Below, piece after piece: positions 60,101 to 64,000 of a stretch of 64,000 bases of DNA (within the stretch, counting starts at the first letter, position 1; each line of letters starts with the position of its first letter). Made by a program: the position numbers and the translations under genes. Source of the DNA: Malacoraja senta (Eukaryota); contig CM075991.1 in assembly GCA_038087875.1 (NCBI GenBank), positions 12,836,001 through 12,900,000 on the forward strand, written 5' to 3'. The notes below the pieces were generated by a model. The model worked only from the letters and a program-made list of their open reading frames with translations. It was not told where the DNA came from and ran no database searches.

Positions 60101-63100
60101 TGTATGGACTTTCTGCTTGGTAAATGAGATCATGGTTTTTCTGTGACGAACTCTGGTTGAGAAGATGTTGCCACTTTTTTTTGGGTTTCAAATTACGGGT
60201 GGCCTTGGATGAGGCTGACAGCCCAAGACTTCACCAGTGTTCATTTTTAGAATGGGGAGAGAATAATATTGATACAATAAAGTACCATTCATATTGAGTA
60301 GGAAGGATTTGTAGATGCTGGTTTAAACCGAAGATAGACACCAAAAGCTGGAGTAACTCAGCGGGACAGGCAGCATCTCTGGAGAGAAGGAATGGGTGAC
60401 ATTTCGGGTCGAGACCCTTCTTCAGATTGGTGAGGGATAAGGGAAACGAGAGATATAGACGGTGATGTGGAGAGATAAAGAACAATAAATGAAAGATATG
60501 ATCTCTTTGATGATAGTGATCTGTGTTTCCTAGGTCGAGGCCTGAAGTCTTACGCTAACATTCATAGTGTTCAGGTCGGGCACCACGTCTTTTTGAATCT
60601 GCACACTTTGAAGTTCTACTGCTTACCAGACAACTACGAAATCATTGACTCTTCTCTAGAAGACATCACGGTGAGCATGGTGCCTGGAAACAATGAACAA
60701 GCAACTGGAAGGAGGATTCTTTCTTAATTCTCCTCTTCTGAAGAGTCCTGTTGATATAAAGTTTCTTTGGAATTAGTTACTCCTCAGTGCTGCATCCTGG
60801 TGAATCTGGAGAATGAATTTTGAAAGTCTTGATTAATGTTTGTGCTGCTCTTGAGTATGACACTATGTATTGTTCAATTGGATATTTTGTGAAATGGATC
60901 TTAATCCCCAATAATGTGGGAAGTTCACATTTCTGGAGCTTTAGATAAAATTAGAAGAATGCTTACCATCACTGGAATCAATGGTTGGAAGGCATAAATT
61001 AAAAATCTATCACCCAAAACTGAATTTTATTGAGGGTTGTTAGGGCATAGTATCACCCAATGGAAATTAACTTTTTAAAGATAAAGGCTGTTGGAGGGGT
61101 TGAACGTTCTCACGATCATGAAATAAAGTATGAGATGTAAGATGTTCTGTCCCTAACTTGCCCTTGAGCCACCTTGACCTGCTGTGGTCCTTCTCATGAA
61201 AATACTCCCAGAATGCCATTGAATGTCATAAGGTCATAAGTGATAGGAGCACAATTAGGCCATTAGGCCCATCAAGTCTATACCGCCATTCAATCATTGC
61301 AGATCTCCCTGCTAACCCCATTCTCCTGCCTTCTCCCCATAACCCCTGACACCCATACTAATCAAGAATCTATCTGTCTCTGCTTAAAAATATCCATTGA
61401 CTTGGCCTCCACAGCCTTCTGTGGCAAAGAATTCCACAGATTCACCACCCTCTGACTAAAGTAATTCCTCCTCAATTCCTTCCTAAAGGTACGTCCTTTA
61501 ATTCTGAGGCTATGACCTCTAGTCCTAGACTCTCCCACTAGTGGAAATATCCTCTCCACATCCACTATCCAAGCCTTTCACTATTTGAGGGGAGATGGTT
61601 AGACTGGCTAGACTTCCTCTTGTTGGAGACGGCCATTGCTTTCTCTGCGCAGATTCTGACATCATTCACCTATGATAAGGAAATCGTGTTGAAGCTTTAC
61701 ACAAAGTGTGTTTCCTTGTTTTGTATCTGAGAAGACTGTCGTCACAACTTATGGCACTATTCTCTGTTTTGCAGTATGTGTTGAAACCAACTTTCACAAA
61801 ACAACACATTGCAAACCTGGACAAGCAATCCAAACTGTCGCGGGCCTACGATGGAACCACCTATCTACCAGGAATCGTGGGGCTGAACAACATCAAGGCT
61901 AACGATTATGCCAATGTGGTGCTGCAGGTAAAGAAATAAATAAGTAATCCAGACAAGGGCAAGATTGATCTTGTGCCTTGATGTGATGCCCGTGGTTCCA
62001 TAGATTGCCTGGGCTCGTACATGAAGAATATATCTGTGGAACCAAGGAATGAGGCTGTTATGGAGAGGAATATGTCTGGAACCAAGGAATTAGGCTGCTA
62101 TGGAGAAGAGATATAAACATTGGGGGAAGGAGCAGAGAATAAGTGGCAGCTATGATGCATGTTGGCCATGCATGGTGAAACGAGTCAGTGTTTTATTGTC
62201 ATATGTCCCATATGTCACAAAGAGAAGCATGCATGCGGTGTATGATAGACTTTAGGAGCATTGTTTACTGATGGCACATTTTAACTTGCGGGGTTTTCCT
62301 TTCCTGCCCTTTGGTGTTTCAGAATTGGCTTCTCTACTTCTGTTTCAGGCCCTATCCAATGTGCCTCCGTTACGTAATTATTTCTTGGAGGAAGAAAACT
62401 ACAAGGACATAAAGCGGCCACCAGGAGACATAATGTTCCTGCTGGTGCAGAGGTTTGGAGAGCTGATGAGAAAGCTGAGGAATCCCAGAAACTTCAAGGC
62501 TCATGTATCTCCACATGAGATGTTGCAGGCTGTTGTCCTGTGTAGCAAGAAACGTTTCCAAATTACCAAACAGGGTGAGTTTTCATTCTTCTGGCTGAGT
62601 ATTACAGAATCTACAAAGATTTGGCGGGAGAATAAAGAAGCCCCCACTGAAATTCTATTCCTTTGTATTTTGACTTGGTTAACGTACATGTGTTGTACTT
62701 GCTGATGTACTTTAAAATAAGACAAAAAATGTTGGAACTAATTAGTCAGGCAATATCTCTCCAATCACCAGCAACCCTCTGTGTGGAAAGAGTTGCTGCT
62801 CGGCTCCTTTTTAAATACCTCTTTTGATAATTCCCAGAACCTTTCAGTGAATTATTTGTCTGCTGTTGCAGGTGATGCTGTTGACTTCCTGTCTTGGTTC
62901 CTAAATGCACTTCATATGGCACTAGGCGGGAACAAGAAGAAAAAGAGTAAGTCGTTATATATAAACAAAAATTATTACATGAGCTCATTCATATGTTTTT
63001 GCGGTGTATGAATCTATATTTGGATCTAAACACAATCTATTTTCTGCCACTTATAACGTGATTTTTAAGTTACCGTTATTGTTAATCTAACTGCCCATCA

Positions 63101-63952
63101 GCCCTGTGTGTAAAGCTTGTAGATTGACCATGTGGTAAATTCCCCCATTTTCTTTTGCTTTGTGGAGATGCCTTCTTAACCAACCTATATGTAGATTGAA
63201 GTTCACTATCATGACAGTGACATTCTCATTGTGTTCATCTTTAACTTCCTGTTTAATTCCACACCCATCATTACCACTAATGTTGGAGGAACAATAGACA
63301 ACTCTAACCAATGTTTTCTGCCCCTTGGTGTTTTCTATTCTACCCATACAGATTTCACATGACTTCGATAGAGTAATACAGCGCGCACGGAAACAGGCTC
63401 TTTAGCCCAAACTGCTCATGCGGACCAAGATCCCCATCTATGCTTGTCCCACGCCCACATTTGGCCCATATCCATGTACCTGTCCAAATGTCTTTTGAAT
63501 GTTACTATTGTAGCTGCCTCAAATACCTCCTCTGGCAACTCGTTCCATATACCCACCTGTGTGACTTCCACATCAAATAAATTATTAACATTCAATAGGC
63601 CCACATCAGACTTTGGCCATCTAGCCAATCACTGCAGTAATCCTAATGCTCCTGAATTCTGCCATAGCAAGGTTCATATGTCTTTGGGTGTGGGGAGTGA
63701 AATATGTTTTATTTTGTTGAAGAAAGAGGAAGTTGGTGGGTTGCCATTGTTTTGATAAGTCGTGGGGATCAACTGAGCTGTTGAGATGGTAGTGTGTAGG
63801 TAATGTGGAGCTTGTGAAGATTGCTGTGGTCTTGTTTTTTATTCCACGTGGCCTCTCAACATTGGGACATATTCCTCATTGCAGCCATCATCAACAGTGT
63901 GTTCCAGGGTTCCATGCGGATATTTACAAAGAAGCTGCCTCCACCAGACCTG
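54079..63952 (+). CDS. USP39: U4/U6.U5 tri-snRNP-associated protein 2 (USP39/Sad1), 5' part: coding exons 1-8, gene continues beyond the window
   Basis: Exons 54079-54163, 56950-57034, 57459-57553, 60534-60670, 61775-61927, 62349-62574, 62872-62946 and 63885-63952 join in frame. ZnF-UBP region (CPYLDTINRSVLDFDFEKLCS..YACLVCGKYFQG) and pseudo-USP box GLNNIKANDYAN. Confidence 0.96.
54310..55225. repeat. C-rich minisatellite (~80-92-bp unit) in USP39 intron 1
   Basis: aaactaatcctctctctaccccacactcccccctcaacacccttcctctaaccccctcacccccaaactctacccc recurs at 54354, 54446, 54538 and 54629, with variants after. Confidence 0.92.
55597..56398 (+). mobile_element. Rex1/Babar-clade LINE 3' fragment
   Basis: WCLQNNLALNALKTVELIVDFRR, KKAQQRMYFLRQLRK, FYTAIVESVLTFSIMVWFG and DPSHPGHKLF; one frameshift; aataaa followed by an (attc)n tail. 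Confidence 0.85.
56621..56920 (+). mobile_element. HE1-like V-SINE (full length)
   Basis: A box tggcgcagcgg, B box ggttcaatcc, V-domain, CR1-like tail. Confidence 0.85.
56950..57034 (+). CDS. USP39: USP39 coding exon 2
   Basis: VPSKMTRSHCQDEEDDRSRHCPYLDTINR. Confidence 0.9.
57459..57553 (+). CDS. USP39: USP39 coding exon 3
   Basis: SVLDFDFEKLCSVSLSHINVYACLVCGKYFQ. Confidence 0.95.
57771..58030 (+). mobile_element. HE1-like V-SINE
   Basis: Same consensus, internally deleted. Confidence 0.7.
58292..58470. repeat. Degenerate ~15-bp GC-rich tandem repeat
   Basis: Repeated (gg)cccaccgtgcc(t/g)gg variants. Confidence 0.75.
60534..60670 (+). CDS. USP39: USP39 coding exon 4
   Basis: GRGLKSYANIHSVQVGHHVFLNLHTLKFYCLPDNYEIIDSSLEDIT. 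Confidence 0.95.
61226..61585 (-). mobile_element. CR1/HER1-like LINE 3' fragment
   Basis: [47 protein letters not shown]. Confidence 0.85.
61775..61927 (+). CDS. USP39: USP39 coding exon 5
   Basis: YVLKPTFTKQHIANLDKQSKLSRAYDGTTYLPGIVGLNNIKANDYANVVLQ. Confidence 0.95.
62349..62574 (+). CDS. USP39: USP39 coding exon 6
   Basis: ALSNVPPLRNYFLEEENY...HVSPHEMLQAVVLCSKKRFQITKQ. Confidence 0.95.
62872..62946 (+). CDS. USP39: USP39 coding exon 7
   Basis: GDAVDFLSWFLNALHMALGGNKKKK. Confidence 0.95.
63885..63952 (+). CDS. USP39: USP39 coding exon 8
   Basis: TIINSVFQGSMRIFTKKLPPPDL; cag| and |gtaagg. Confidence 0.93.
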
Positions 63953-64000
63953 GTAAGGCCCTTTATCATCTCTTGCTTTCATTGTATGTTTTTTTCCATG

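Overview
Eukaryotic, intron-rich vertebrate DNA, most likely from a cartilaginous fish (skate/ray/shark), judged from abundant HE1-type V-SINEs and CR1/HER1-like LINE tails. Three genes can be reconstructed exon by exon with canonical GT-AG sites. MAT2A (SAM synthetase) lies on the minus strand: 9 exons, 395 aa, with three METTL16-type UACAGAGAA hairpins in its 3' UTR. A C2orf68/UPF0561 orthologue lies on the minus strand: 4 exons, 171 aa. Head-to-head with it are the first 8 coding exons of USP39 on the plus strand. The ~33 kb between MAT2A and C2orf68 has no recognisable gene and is mostly repeats. Mobile elements include a CR1 LINE filling the SAM-regulated last intron of MAT2A, an L2 LINE, a Vingi-like LINE with a 13-bp TSD, Rex1/Babar and RTE fragments, a near-intact DD34E Tc1 transposon, a young tRNA/L2-tail SINE, and many Penelope-derived repeats carrying minimal hammerhead ribozyme cores. 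The best leads are a duplicated 107-bp element in MAT2A intron 1 that looks like twin in-frame 24-nt microexons splitting the GHPD motif, the remodelled detained intron of MAT2A, and the Penelope hammerhead family. All family assignments come from motif recognition, not database searches.
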